Source: Octopus vulgaris (taxonomy: Eukaryota). Taken from it: a stretch of DNA of 64,000 nt. The stretch spans positions 9,486,001 to 9,550,000 of the forward strand of contig OX597841.1 of the NCBI GenBank assembly GCA_951406725.2. The letters run 5' to 3'. A program made the position numbers and the translations under genes. Shown here one piece after another: positions 1 through 14,313 of this stretch. How positions within the stretch are numbered: the first letter of the stretch is position 1; the number at the start of each line of letters is the position of its first letter. The notes below the pieces were generated by a model, which was not told the DNA's origin, did no database searches, and saw only the letters and a list, made by a program, of their open reading frames with translations.

Positions 1-455
1 GAATAATAATAATAATAATATTCTGCTCAATACCACAGACTTGCTTGTCAGTTACTTGACTGTATCTAGTTGAGCACGCCCCTTGGTGGCTGAAGATATG
101 TGCATCTCTGATCACGAGCAAAAGTAATGGGGGGGATGTGTTGAGAGGGATTCTTTGGGGTTTTAATAATTCACCTGTGGAAACATGGGTATTTTGCTCA
201 TCATCTTTGAAACAAACCTTATTCAGGGACCTTTTGAGCAGGATGGGCTACTCAACCAGAAGAAAATTCTAACCGGGCCCCACCTGCAAGGTCAAGTGCT
301 GTTTATCTTGATATGAGATCACCATGTCGCGCACATATGGTTGTGATGCATGTGGCTGATGTACCCTTATCTGATGGGTAGTCATGATGGGTATACTGGG
401 CTTTGTATATTTTACCCCAGTGTCACTTTGATGGCTTGCACTACTCTCTAATCAA

Positions 456-491
<36 letters not shown>

Positions 492-927
492 CGGTGGTGG
501 TGGTAATTGCTTCCCGTGTGTTTTAGAGTTACATGAAATGAAGTGTGTTGTTCCCTGGCAAATGACAGCCGCTGACACAGACAGATATTTATAAATAGAC
601 AAACAAGGAAGTGAAAATAAAATTTGAAGGGAAAAGAAAAGCAACAACAGTGAAATGATTGAAAAGAATATTTGAAGAGGAGGGAGGGAGAGAGAGGGAA
701 GGAGAGAGAGGGGGAGGGAGAGAGAGGGAGGGAGAGAGAGAGGAAGAGAGAGAGGAGAGGGAGAGAGGAGAGAGAGAGAGGGGAGAGAGGAGAGGAGGTA
801 AAGAATAAGGCAGAGCAGAGAAAAACAAAACCCAAAAAAGTAACAGAACTGAAATGGGAAGCTGAATGAAGAGTCGGACTTTCCAAGCCTGCCATCACAA
901 CAATACAAACGAGATATAAAGCTGAGA

Positions 928-1570
928 GGTGCAGGTGTGGCTGTGTGGTAAAAAGCTTACTTCCCAACCACAAGGTACCAGGTTCAGTCCCACTGTCTGG
1001 CACCTTGGGGAAGTGTCTTCTACTATAGCCTTGGGTTGACCAAAGCCTTGTGAGTGGATTTGGTAGATGGAAACTGAAAGAAGCCTGTCACGCACATATG
1101 TGTGTGTATGTATGTATGTAGATCAAGGACGTATATTGCAGGTGTGCCAGGTGTGCACTGAACACCTGTCGACAGTGGAAAATTCATTATAAAATATTGA
1201 CCTTACTCGTTAATTTAATCAGAAATCTTAACGGAAAACTTTTGTTAAGCTCCTGCTTGAAATTTGGTGGCACTGGGTGTGGCAGCACATCCAATACAAT
1301 AATCACCATACGCCAGTGCGTATGTATGTATATGTAAGTATATATCTATGTGTCTACGTCTGTGCTTGCAAACCCCCCCCCCACCACCAACAACACAGCT
1401 TAACAACCGGTGTCGGCATATTTATGTCCCTGTTACTTAACAGTTTGGCAAAAGTATAAGTAGTAGGCTTTAAGGAGTAAGTCCTGGTGCCAATTTGTTT
1501 GACTAAAAGACTTCAAGGCAGTGCCCCAGCATGGCCACAGTCTCACAACTAAAACAAATAACAGAATAAA
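928..1570 (+). mobile_element. tRNA-derived composite SINE (family A), interrupted by a small MITE-like insert
   Basis: Head ggtgcaggtgtggctgtgtggtaa...ggttcagtccc (A/B-box-like), internal (TG)n, tail ...cagcatggccacagtc. Matches the intact copy at 25588-25995. Confidence 0.75.
1124..1318. mobile_element. Degenerate MITE with short terminal inverted repeats
   Basis: Ends caaggacgta / tacgccagtg, with subterminal ggtgtgcc/ggcac-type motifs. Lies in the microsatellite of a SINE. Confidence 0.4.
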
Positions 1571-2134
1571 CAATAGTCGTATTAGTTAAAGAAATGGGGG
1601 TCAGTGCCTTGACAGTGTCTCCCTGCACCTGCCATCTGTTGGTGATTCCTTACAACTCATGCAGCACTCGGGTGACAACCTTCCAAACGCATGGGTCTGT
1701 TTGGGGAAGTTGTTGCTGTTGAGGGTTTTACAAAGTCAGAGTACAAATCCAGCCTCATCCTCTATTAATCAGCTTTTATGATAAGCAGAGGAAATGCTGG
1801 GTCTATGCTTTGACATGTCAGTCCCCACATGGCTCCAGAGCAATGTGAAATGAAGGGTTCTGTTCAGGGACATGCCACCTGAGTCGAGGATCGAACCCAC
1901 AATCTCATGTCATGCATACAGCAGCCTAACCACCGGGCCATATCCTTTCCAACCCCATGGCTTCAGGTTCAATCCCGCTGCGCCTCACATTGGACCAGCC
2001 AAAGACTTGTGAGATGATTTGGTAGATGGAGACTGTAAGAAGCCCATCATATATATCTATGTAAATACATATTTATATATACATATAAATACATACATAT
2101 ATATATATATATATATACACACACATACATATAA

Positions 2135-2181
<47 letters not shown>

Positions 2182-2246
2182 TATACACACACATATCTAT
2201 ATATATATATATATACACACACACATAAATATATATATACACACAC

Positions 2247-2290
<44 letters not shown>

Positions 2291-2779
2291 ATACACACAT
2301 ATAAATACATATATTTATAAGTATGTCTATGGCACCTTTGGTAGGTGTCTTCTACTACAGCCTCAGGTCAACCAAAGCACACATGCATGCATACACACAT
2401 ATACGACGGGCTTCTTTCAGTTTCCAATCTAATGCACTCAGAAAACTCTGGTCGGCCCGAGGCCACAGTAGAAGTCACCTAGCCAAGGTGCTGCGCCATG
2501 GGTTTGAACCTAGAACTACATGGTTGGGGAGCAAAATTCTCACCACACGGCTACGCCTGGATATATATATCTATACACACACACACTGACGAGAAATACA
2601 AGTTGACCTACTTTCAGCAGACTATGAAATTTCACATGACAGGCACACAATGTACATATATACACCACACATATACACATATGCGGGGCGTGGGGGTAGT
2701 AATGACAATTCAGCTGGACATTTTCCTCCTCTTCCTCCTACTCTCCATATATTCATACATAAACACAGATACATACATG

Positions 2780-2819
<40 letters not shown>

Positions 2820-4266
2820 CACACTCCTATATATACACAACACACACACACTTATACACATATACATACACATTTATGTACACATGCACACACATATCCA
2901 TGATTCTATACACATACATGTTTACACACATACAAATATATGCACCTGTTTATACACACACCTACACATTCAGACAGACGCATGTATACATGTGCATATA
3001 TATATATGTATACACACACACTGTTGAGATTCAGATATATCCTTATATACAGAGGCACACATGCCTTTCACCTCCAGGTATATAGATGGAAGCCAGAAGC
3101 CAGAAGGGATGTTTGGTTAAGAAGTTTGTGTGATTTGGGGTTCAAGTCCTGCTGTGAGGCATTCTGGCATAAATTTCACAGATATATCATTACGAAACAG
3201 CTGTTTTATCAGCAATAACTATAACAATTCTAAAATTATATAATTAAGATAAATCTATATCAATAAAAGCGAAAATTCTGTCCGTCTGGGACCCCTGTAT
3301 CTTGGTCTATATTTGCTCTATATAGACATTTTATATCCTTTTTTGGAATCAGGATGGTCCTGTGATTGAAAATCTGCCTTTCATATGGTTCTTGAACACC
3401 CAGCATTGGGATCTGATTCAAAAGCATTTGGCTTGCTATTTCTAACAGGTAAAGCTAGGCTGATTCTTGCCATCTTGCTGGACATTTGTCAGATGACATC
3501 AGAGATCAAGCGGGGACACTTGTTTCGTTAGTTTTATGTCGAGATAAGAACTTTGGGAGAAATCAGGCTACAGTTAGAACTGGAACAATAGAATGATTGC
3601 ATTACGAGATCAATTCTCGTCCATCTTTAGCTACTGGTCAAACACCACCGGGGCATACATTCATTACAGACATATTATAGTCATGCTATTTCAAGCTCTC
3701 ATTAGTTTGGGGCTGCAGGTCCAATTAGCCCTCTGCAGGAGCTAGTTAAAAAGTCCACATGGAGTGCAGCTTTTAACCTAGTAATTAATATAAACCAATT
3801 TAAATTGAGTTTTATCCTTCGTTATTGAGTTAAACACCTTCCATCCTGCACCACCACCCCATAATCTTTGAAATTTCAGCTTCCATATCTCAGCCCCTAG
3901 TCACTGTGTGCCCTAAGTGTGCTCCTTTTACCCCCTCAATTTCATCACTTCCCACCTCTATTCACCTTTTTAGTACATCTTCCAACTGCATATATTTTGT
4001 CTTCATTTTGCTCTTTTAAGGCCTAACTGCTATATATTGGATCGTCCCATAAAGAATGGGGTTTCTTTATACTTTTTTACTTTTCAAAATTGAGGCAAAG
4101 TTCTTTTTTAATCTGAAATATACTCTCCTTCATTATCTACAAAGCTCTTCTGTCTATCTGGTAGACTTGCAAGGCCCCTCTTTCAAGGTTCATTTGTCCC
4201 TGATGAAAAATACTCTTCCAGTACGGTTCTACTCTTGTCTACAGAATTCATATCTTTTCCATGCAA

Positions 4267-4338
<72 letters not shown>

Positions 4339-4687
4339 GGAGAATTCACAAAATAAAAAAGATGAAGACAGGTGGTGTAGACAACAAATAGATGTATTAG
4401 TATAATACTCGGGAAGTGAAAAAGTCTTTAATGTTTCGAGCCTACCACAGTGACTTAAAGGAATAGCCATTTCATGGACAGTCACAATTAACTTAATATT
4501 TTGGAAAATGAAAACTGCTTAAATAATTCCAGGGGATTTCTTCCTAAGCAAAAATTTATCCAGGAATCCATTCTCGAGCTCTAAACAGATACATTTTTAA
4601 GTGGTTTCAAATTCTGATGATTTTTAAGTCATGAGTCAAAGCAAGAACAAATACAAGACTTGACGTTATGGTCCCTATTAATGATCA

Positions 4688-5360
4688 CATCATCATCATT
4701 TAGGGTCTGCTTTCCATGCTGGCATGGGCTGGACGGTATGAACGAAAACTGATAAGCTGGGGAGCTGCACCAGGTTCCAATCTAATTTGGTAAGGGCTCT
4801 ACAGAGGGATGCCCTTCCTGATGCCAGCCACTCCAAGAGTGTAATGGGTGCTTTTCCATGCCACAGGTGCCAGTTATGTAACACTGGCATCATCCATGAC
4901 TACGATCTCAATTGGCCCGACAGGTTTTCCCAAGCACAGTGTATCGCCCAAGATCTCAGTCACCTGTCACTACCTCAGTGGGGTCCAATGCGTAAGCAGT
5001 GCCTTTTACGTGCCACCAGCACTGGAGCCAGTCAGATGGCACTGGCATCAGCCACAACGACGATCTCACTTGGTTTGACAGATCTTCACAAGCATGGTGT
5101 ATTGCCAAAGGTCTCGGTCCCGTCACTGCCTCTGTGAGGCCCAATTCTCGAATGGTGCAGACGGTACTGTCATCAGCCAACAACTACATTCTCCCGTGGC
5201 TTGAAAGGCCGTCCCAAGCACAGCGCATTTTGCTTTTTACATGTCAGTTACGTGACACTGCTATCAGCCACAACTATGAGCTCACTTGGCTTCACAGGTC
5301 TTCTCAAGCATGCCATATAGCCAAGGGCCTCAGTCACTTGTCATTGCCTCTGTGAGGCCT
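4688..5360 (-). repeat. Non-autonomous retroposon with a (TGA)n tail and internal ~120-130 bp tandem units; second copy at 6038-6590
   Basis: Both copies start catcatcat...tttccatgctggcatggg. The unit tgccacc..actggc..tcagtcac..tgcctctgtgagg recurs. Confidence 0.6.
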
Positions 5361-5727
5361 GCAAACCCAACAAATCTTTTAAATAAACATCACAAGTTAT
5401 ATTACATTTTGGGGTTGAACTTCATATAAAACCAGATGCGTTATGAGCTTTACACTGTTCTATCTTTACAAACGACTCTGTGAGATTAAGATTATCCTAA
5501 TTGCTTTAATATGTAAAAGGAGACCAGTCTGTTTGATAAGCATTGCATGAACTCACTTGAGGCTGCTAATTAGTTGTTTCAGTCATTTGACTGTGGCCAT
5601 GCTGGAGCACCGCCTCGAAGGGGTTTTAGTTGAGCAAATTGACCCCAGGACTTATTCTTTGTAAGCCTAATATACATATTCTATCATTCTCTTTTGCCAA
5701 ACTGCTAAGTTACAGGTATGTAAGCAC

Positions 5728-5967
5728 CAGGGCTGTGGAGTCGGAGTCAGTAAAACTATACTGACTCCAATCCTGATTCACAATGTCTTTATTCCTTAAT
5801 ATAAACCAGTTGTAACCTTTAGGCCGACTCAAAGTACAAGCGTATGCATGTGCTTTATGAGATGTGTAGACCACAATCACTTGATTACATAAAGAAGAGT
5901 CAGAGTCAGAGGTGCCAATGGTAGAGGAGTCGGAATCGAAGGTTTTTGTTTTGATTCCACAGCCCTG
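5728..5967. mobile_element. MITE (DNA-transposon derivative) inserted in a SINE
   Basis: Terminal inverted repeats cagggctgtggagtc / gattccacagccctg and ggagtc subterminal repeats. Flanks atgtaagcac / atgcaaacac look like a degenerate ~10-bp target duplication. Confidence 0.75.
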
Positions 5968-6701
5968 ATGCAAACACACCAACACCGGTTGTCAAGCGGT
6001 AGTTGGGGTGGGGACAACTCAGACACACACAAATATATCATCATCATCGTTTAACGTCCGTTTTCCATGCTGGCATGGGTTGGACGGTTTGACTGAGATC
6101 TAGAGAGCCAGAAGGCTGCACCAGGCTCTATTCTAGTCTGGCAGGGTTTCTACAGCTGGATGCCCTTCCTAATGCCAACCACTCTGAGAGTGTAGTGGAT
6201 GCTTTTTACATGCCACCGGCACAGGAGCCAGTCAGGCAGGCCTGGCACCAAAAACATTCAGATAGTGCTTTTTATGTGCCACCAACGTGGGAGCCAGTCA
6301 GGAAGCACTGGCCACAGCTGCAATTTTGGTTTTACTTGACTCAACAGGTCTTTTCAAGCATATCGTATCACCTGACACATCAGGGGTACTCTTAAATGGG
6401 CCAGACATGCAACACTGGCATCGGCCATGGCCGTGATCTCACTTTAGTTGCTGGGTCTTCTCAATCACAGCATATCTCCAAAGGCCTCGACCTCCTGTCA
6501 CTGCCTCTGTGAGCCCCAAAACTCAAAGGTCATCCTTCACCACCTCATCCCATGTCTTCCTGGGTCTACCTCTTCCACAGGTTCCTTCCATGAAACTACA
6601 TGGACCCTAAGTAAGGCATGTGTAAAATTTGAATGAAATTGGTTGTGTAGTTCTCAAGTTTTAGGGAAACACACAGACAGACAGACACACATTCTCAGTT
6701 T

Positions 6702-6774
<73 letters not shown>

Positions 6775-6822
6775 CGCCGAAGTGGCTGTGTTTTAAGAAG
6801 TTTGCTTCCCAACCACATGGTC

Positions 6823-7259
6823 TGAAAATCTCCATTCAGTTGAAATATTTCTTTCCTTTTAGGAACCGTGGCCATTATGAGTGATTCTTGTGTAAAACAA
6901 ACACCACCAACTAAACTTGCAACATTTCTGTGTCGTAGCAACTGCCCGTCTTCATAAAATATTTTAACATTTCCATTATTGGCTTTTTCACACACAACTG
7001 TCTTTCCTTCCTCAGTGACATCAAAATTTTTTACTTGAACAGGAAATTCGTCTGTTTGTAAACGAGCAACCGGGAAGCTGTCTCGATTCACCATAAACAA
7101 CCCTTCAACATACAATTCATTCCCTATTGCCCTCCTGGGGCTTCCAACAAACCTTGGTCCTTTACATTCAATACTAAAGAAATCTACTTCATCTTTATAA
7201 TTTCTTTTATTTAAAAATATTGTTGTTTTTCCTAATCCATGTAAAAGAACGCAATACAC
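6823..7259 (-). pseudogene. Coding-like fragment, possibly beta-propeller (NHL-like) repeats
   Basis: About 145 aa of complex open frame (...NGNVKIFYEDGQLLRH...GGVCFTQESLIMATVP...). Stops upstream; runs into a SINE head at 6772-6822. Confidence 0.35.
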
Positions 7260-9089
7260 GAATTTTTAAGATGGTGTGACACATTCCATTTGTAAATGAA
7301 TCTATAAATTCATTTTATCGATTGTTGCACAGAATTGATTGAGATGATCACTTTGTGGAAAAGCGAATTTAATTATCCAGCATCACTGTTGCAAAATGAT
7401 GTGTCACAACAACGATTGTTAACAACAATGCCGTGTTTAGTCATAAATTTGAAGAATGTTATATCCGCTTCTAATTATCTTGCAGGTCATTAATAGGTTC
7501 TTCTGCCATACTCTTTCTAATTAGAGTGTCTGATCTCTGGATCTACAGGTAGTAAAACCTCTTTCTTCCATAGATTCTCTTCATTAAAAGAAAGAAAAGG
7601 AACCTGTTGTAATAACACTCTCTTTTACTACCATAGACACAGCTCCACAGAACGATCGCTACCTTGTCGCAACAGAGGAGGGCTGGGATGAGTCTATAAC
7701 CCAAAAGGAAATGTTAGTGAGAGTTTAAGCTCTTGGCAGGGTTACCCGTACCAGATTGACCGATGGCAATCCACCTGTCATCGAGACTAAAGAGGCTGAC
7801 TTGCAGCTAACAACCTCAATCAGAAAACCAAATTCTCATGGAAACAGCAAAGAAGATGTGAAAAGAGTGCGTGAAGGATGAAGGTGGAAGCAGTCGGTCC
7901 CTCTTGGTTTGAACTGAAAGAGGCAGACTAGGGTCGCATCCACTGGCATGAAATAGATGCGGTCCTCAGCTTTTCATCTGAGTAATGCGCAATAAAACAC
8001 ACACACACACACACACACACATGAATGTATAACATCGATATCAGGGGAAAAACAAGTTTATATCCTCCATGTATAGTGCTGCTGCTGCTGCTGCTGCTAC
8101 TACTACTACTACAAGCAGTAGCAGTATTAGTAGTTGGAGTAGTATTAGTAGTTGCAGCAGCAGCTGCGGTCCAAACCCCACCATCATCGCCACTTTCTCA
8201 CTTTGACCCAAAGAGTATTTGTATGCATGTACATACACACACAAACACATACGCATACATACATACGTACACACATACATGTATACATACATAAATACAG
8301 ACATACAAACAGGCACGCATGCATGCACAGACACAGAGATATAAATACACACAATCAGGGATACAGATAAATAGACGCAGAAAGAACGACACACGGACAG
8401 AAAGATGGAACGAAATTTTGCTCCGAAAGAGAAAAGAAAATTTTGTAAACGCGAAGAGTTTTCAGTCTCAAGGAAATCACTCTTAACGTAAACTGTTACA
8501 TTTGGAGAATTCTCTCCCTTTGATTGTAATCTTACCTGGAAGCGAAAAGTGCTAAGATTTTCGAAACGGAAAATGGTTTGGAGAAGAAATGATGGAGAGA
8601 CGAACGAAATAACAACTGTATACAATATATACATACAGCAGGCGTTTATGTATGTATACATCCAACCATCCATCCATGCAGCCAGCCTGCCATTCATCCC
8701 TCCATGGAAGTGCTTGGTCTCTATTTCTAGCATGATCGCAGAGCACCTCTTTCTCTCTCTGTCCTCTGACAGGAAGAACATTGTTAGATAGATTGATATA
8801 TATCTTAATATATAAAAGATAGATTCTGTCTGTTTGTCCCACAAAACATAATTGAGACACCATTTCTTTTATAAGTGTTGGTGTTTTGTCCACTTTCACG
8901 CTTTAATGATGACAATGATGATGATGATGATGGTGTGACCAGAGCCAAAGGGCCAAATTGTCAAAGAATTGACTCCTTTCAATCCCCCCCTCTCTCTTTC
9001 TCTTTGTTTATCTTTCTGTCTTTGTATTTGACCAGAAATTGTCCTGTGGCAAGAATGGTCAGAGTTCAAGACAAGGACAACCACCACAC

Positions 9090-9500
9090 CACATATATGG
9101 CGGGAGACCATCTGCCCCTGTGGGACGAAGTTAAAATAATAGACAGAGAACACCACTGGAAAATACGAAAACTAAAAAAAGGAGCCCATATGCAAGGACA
9201 CAACAACCTCCTAAGCAGACCGAGTGCAGATATGAGTAGCATATAGGAACCGGTATTAAGGAAGGATAGGAAAATATTAGGTTTATAAGACCTGAAATTC
9301 ACTCTCTAATTGCCCAGTGGTTAAGAGTGCAGGCTACTAACCTCAAGGTTCAGAGTTCGATTCTGGGCAGTAACATGAATAACAACAATAATAATAATAA
9401 CAATATTATTATAACAAAATACCTCAGAAATGAGAACCCAATTTGAAATTTCCTGAGGACACCTGATCAAGGGTGGAGAGTATATCGGCCGAAACATGAC
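9090..9500 (+). mobile_element. Penelope-like element 3' remnant: GIY-YIG C-terminus plus a degenerate hammerhead
   Basis: HLPLWDEVKIIDREHHWKIRKLK resembles the C-terminus of PLE endonucleases. cacCTGATCAagggtgg...tcggccGAAAC at about 9459-9495. Confidence 0.65.
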
Positions 9501-9630
9501 ACACCAACAAAAAGCCAAACACACAAAGCCTTGCCCTGCATTCCTGTAGAATAGCGTCGGAATTTCAGGGAAAACCTTGACCCCATCCAGCATTTGTAAA
9601 TTCATTTCACTATTACTTACTGATATCTCT

Positions 9631-9688
<58 letters not shown>

Positions 9689-11779
9689 AGGAGGTTCTTT
9701 TCTTGATCTTAACTCTCCCAGGAAAATATTTTCTCTCCATATATATATATATATATATATATATAAGAGAGTTAGTTCCAAAAACTGAAAATAAAACCAG
9801 GCACCATCACTATGATTTTCTTTCTTCTCTATCTGTCTATTTCCCTCTTTCTTTCTCCCTCTCTGTCTCTCTTCCTTTGTCTTCTTTCTCTCTGTCTTTC
9901 TTTTTTTCTTTCTTTCTCTCTCTCTCTTTCCCTCACTAAAACAACACACACACACACACATAAAACAACTGCTGGCATACATTCAAGTCTTTTAAAAAAT
10001 GTCTGAAATATTGATGGTAAATATTTACAAGAAATAGTTTCAGCTGTTCCTGCCTTTGTCTGTTGAGAAAATGGAAAGCATTCGATGGAACTGAAATTCA
10101 CGCCCCTGTAGGTGATGAGGAATTTAGCAGGAGGACGAAGATCTGTGCAAAAAATGGAGGGAGTGAGAGAGAAGAAGAGAGGGTGAGAATGTGAGAAGCA
10201 AAAGCAGGAAGGAAACAAACAAAGCAAGAAAGCAGCGAGGTTGGGTTCTTTTCAAACATCTCAGCATTTACATCACAAATACAAATGTCTGGATACATAC
10301 CTGCATGCATTTAGACACATACGTACGCACAGGCATTCGTGCATACGTACGCATACATACATATATGCATGCATATATACATACATTCATGTATACACAC
10401 ATACAATGCTTACGTACATACATGCATACATACACATGCATACATATTATAATGAATCAAAAAAAAAAAAGGAACATGTTCTGTTGTAGAAATCAACAGT
10501 CTTATGGTCAGCAAAGTGGCTGGAAAAATAGAAGAGAATGCGAAAGTCTATCAACGATTGATAAGGTGTTTGCAAATCCCTTAGCAAGGATAAACTTGCC
10601 CCTTGTGTTATTTGAGCAGTAGCATATGTACCAACCAGTTAAGAGTGAAATATGGCTGAACTGGGGGTATTGGGGGACGAAGGAAATGCTTTAATTCTAG
10701 CTCAATATCCAGAACGATGAAATCTGTAAGATATTCCTAAGATTTAAAAAATGATGACCAAAACAAGACGATTTCCTCACCACCTCAAGCAGAATGCCGA
10801 CCAAAATTTATTCTAAATGAATAAGACAACATACATATTTTCATAGATGTGTGCATACATAAGTAGATATTATACATATAGATATATATCTGTACGTACA
10901 TAGATATACGTGAACACTTGTCAATGTGGTGTGCGAACAGACGGAGAGAGAGAGAGGAAAAGAGTGATTGCGATTGAATGAGCGCGACAGAGAGAAAGGA
11001 AGTGATAGAGAGATACTGAGCGATAAAGTGTGAGGGGGAGAGAGAGAGAGAGAGAGAGGGGGTGAGGGTGAGAGAGAGAGGGTGAGAGAGAGAGAGAGAG
11101 AGAGAGGCACAGACAGCAGCAGAGAGTTGCCAGTTGTTAAATGCGGATGAATCTCCCACTTGAGGTAAGAAAAACAGGTGGCAGGCAGGGGTCTTCAAAG
11201 GGAACAGTAATTTACTCATTAATTACTTCATACTGAAACCAATTACTTCATATTAGCAGTAATTATTTTCATTTCGATTCTATCTATCTATCTATGTGTG
11301 TGTGTGTATATGTATGTGTGTGTGTGTATGTATATATGTATGTGTGTAAGTATGTATCTATGAATGTTTTATTGCTTAAGAAAAGCTCAAAATGCTTAAA
11401 TAAGTGATGACCATTAGGGGCAATATCAGGGCAAAAGGCACTGAGAAGAGGTTTTTAAAGGATCTTTCCATAGACACACACATCGCATTCTCAGATAAAT
11501 TCTTTCATTTTTTCCCCCATTTATTCTAATCCATATTTTTTCATCCATAATTTTTACCAAATCAGTCAATAAAATATTCTCCTTCATTGATCACAACTCC
11601 TTACCAATATTTTGTTAGCTTCTCAATGCCCGGACGGTAGAAATTTCCTGGTCTTGCAATCGAAGAATTCATTGAGCCCTGTTTTCAACTTCATGGCCGA
11701 GTTGAACGAAACGCCTTGCAGACTGTTGGAGAGCGACAATGGGGTAAAGAAATCTTGGCCTGTGTCCACGGGTAGCCTG

Positions 11780-11990
11780 GAGTGTGTCTCTTTTGTTCAG
11801 ACCGTATGGTACCCGTGCAACAAGATTTAGGACCTTACCCATCGAGTGCAGGTGATTCGCGACGGTACCATGAGAACCTCCCATCTGCTGGTTCAATTCC
11901 CTAAAGAACTGGTATGAATCCTCATGGATGCGCTCCTTCTATCGATCCTCTTTGACACTCCAACCTCATTTTCCTGATAGGTGGTCAAGT
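11780..11990 (-). mobile_element. Mariner transposase HTH remnant
   Basis: RELNQQMGGSHGTVANHLHSMGKVLNLVARVPYGL matches the mariner 'TV..HLH..GK......WVPHEL' region. Confidence 0.6.
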
Positions 11991-12367
11991 TTATTGAACT
12001 CTCAAAATGACAAACATAAACTGAAGAGAAAAATAGACATACTAAACACTCGTAAAAGTCTGGATAAATATATTTTGAGGAGAATTGAAATAATGTTGGA
12101 AAATAAGAAACAAATTAATCTGAATAATACACACGCAGGCACGCTTGCTTTTGTGTGTGTGTGTGTGTGAACGTGTGTGTATACCAATTGGAAAGATTTT
12201 ATAGAAAATAAGCAAAACTAGGGACAAATAAAAAGAGAAGTACAGCAAAGAAAGCCCTTGCTAAACATAGAAACTGTGTTGTCCCTCAGTTGCTTAACTT
12301 CACATCTGAGAACTCATCTTCATGAAACTGGCTGTAAGATCATTCTAGCAAACATGCTCATGTGTCA

Positions 12368-12582
12368 TATTCTTTTCTACTCTAGGCACAAGGCCCGAAA
12401 TTTTGGGGGACGGGGGCTAGTCGATTAGATCGACCCCAGTATGCAACTGGTATTTTAATTTATCGACCCCGAAACAATGAAAGGCAAAGTCGAGCTTGGC
12501 AGAATTTGAACTCAGAACGTAAAGATGAAATACCCCTAAGCATTTCGCCTGGTGTGCTAACGTTTCTGCCAGCTCACCACCT
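12368..12582 (-). mobile_element. Nin/Deu-domain-like SINE (family B, tail variant 1)
   Basis: Reverse strand shows a tRNA-like head, B-box gagttcaaatt and tcgactttgcctttcattgtttcggggtcgataaatt. Confidence 0.7.
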
Positions 12583-12585
12583 TTC

Positions 12586-12786
12586 ATGAGTCATATTTGT
12601 AATAAGACATTTAAGTCCTGCCTTGGTCTAAAAAGGCATTTAAATATCCATAAATCAGACAAGACAACCAACACTGTACCACTTGATGTGAAACTTATTT
12701 GCATTGTTTGTGATGCAAATTTCAAACAGTTTTTGGGATTGAAAAGCCACTTAGGGGCTCATGCTTCATCTTGGGGTGATATTTGA
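12586..12786 (+). mobile_element. Two C2H2 zinc fingers, probably the C-terminus of an RTE-type LINE
   Basis: CNKTFKSCLGLKRHLNIH and CIVCDANFKQFLGLKSHLGAH. Same style as the LINE-associated fingers at 47426-47854. Confidence 0.5.
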
Positions 12787-12789
12787 CAG

Positions 12790-13400
12790 TTTGCACAAAC
12801 GGAAATGAAAGGACCATATCCCATCCAAAAGTAAAAGTATTTTTAAATAATTGAAAAATCAACCATGTTACGGTTGGGATAAAACTGTTTAATCAAAGTA
12901 GCCACCCTCAGCTGCCACCAGGGCCTCAAGGTGTCTCTGGAACCTAGCTCTTGTGTTCCTCATTGAGTTTCTCAGATGATCTTCGAATGCCTTCTTCATC
13001 TTGACCATCAGCTCAGACTTTGTGTTGCAGAGAGCGGTTCATGTCTTTCCCAACTGCGCCACACACATAATAATCCTTGGATTTGCAATCACGGGGTTTA
13101 GAAATTAAGAAATGGGGGCTGGTGAAGTCAAAGAAATTCCCCGACAACCATTTTTGATTATTTCTGGAAGTATGGAGACATAGTAATCCTGCTGCCACAC
13201 ATATGGCATTCCAGCAGAAATTTCTCCAGCCAGGGTTTCAACAGAGTCTCCACATAACCGTTTGAATTGACCCAAAAGCCCTGAGGGGTAGCACGATGTC
13301 ACCCTCACTCAAGATACACTCAAAGACAGTCACTGTTTTGGGCAACTTTGTTTTTCATGATACACAGCACATCACGAGGATTTGTTTTCTGACAACTGTG
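12790..13400 (-). mobile_element. Tc1/mariner transposase catalytic remnant
   Basis: YVWQQD... followed by PRDCKSKDYYVCG, a decayed form of QQD...SPDCNPLDYYVWG. Frameshifted. Confidence 0.6.
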
Positions 13401-13997
13401 AATAACCAGACAATTCTTGGTTCAACGGGATGCATTACCTTGTTCAGGAGATCTTTTGGCCTTGGTCAGGAGGTCCTCCTTGAACTTGGCTATCAGAATT
13501 TGTCCTTTGCTACCACTCGTGTAGTGGTAGCACAGGTCCTTCTTCAGGATCAGCTTCACAGTGGCAACTCTGACACCCATCTGGCTCACCAAAGCCCACG
13601 TTCCTTTGTTTGGGTCTTACATCCCCTTCCCCTGCCATTGTGGGATGAACCTTGGCATTCAGATCCAGTCAGGACCACTGATGTGCCCTTTCCTTCTGGC
13701 CATGGTGTCGTAGTCTCCATTGCAGTTCTCCATGTCACGTGCTACAGCCTTAAAAATGTTCACTAAGCGTTGAGCACCAGTCAGGATGTTGGCATTTGGG
13801 TACTTGGGTTGGATCATCATGATACAGGTAACTCGTTTCTAATATGCAGATGCCTGCCACACCTCCATCTCAGCTAACCTTGTTTTTCTCAAAGATACCT
13901 TTGACTGATCGCCAACATATCAAGTGGTTCCTTAAGAAACAAGACATAGCAGATCGTCAAATATGACCCAGACATCCAGGTACTTGTATATACAAAC

Positions 13998-14313
13998 ATT
14001 CTCGGCTGTACATGCATAGTGTATATATTATCTTTATACACACATTTATCACGGAATAGCATTGAGGGAAATCTCCCTACGCGACCCCGAGTGTTAAAAA
14101 ACACTGAATGTCTCCGAACAGGCCAGACAACTGTCCCCTACATGAGCTAGAATGGTAGATATCGATATTTCACCATTATTGTAGTTCCCAGGTACCAGGC
14201 ATTCAGTGTTCTTTAACACCTGTCGTTATGTAGGGAGTCTCCCCAGAATGCTATCCCGCAACAAACTGGCGGATAAACAAAACACATACACTATCAATAT
14301 GCGACCGATAAAG
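13998..14313. repeat. Diverged long inverted repeat (fold-back)
   Basis: gtgttaaaaaacactgaatgtct (to 14113) pairs with aggcattcagtgttctttaacac (from 14197). Pairing extends about 115 bp; an inner hairpin is centred on atatcgatat. Confidence 0.7.

Noticed and set aside
10930-11175. Possible non-coding first exon ending at gag|gtaaga
   Set aside because: A single donor-like motif with no other support.
12586-12786. Host C2H2 zinc-finger gene
   Set aside because: No TGEKP linkers, and it resembles the LINE-terminal fingers at 47426-47854.
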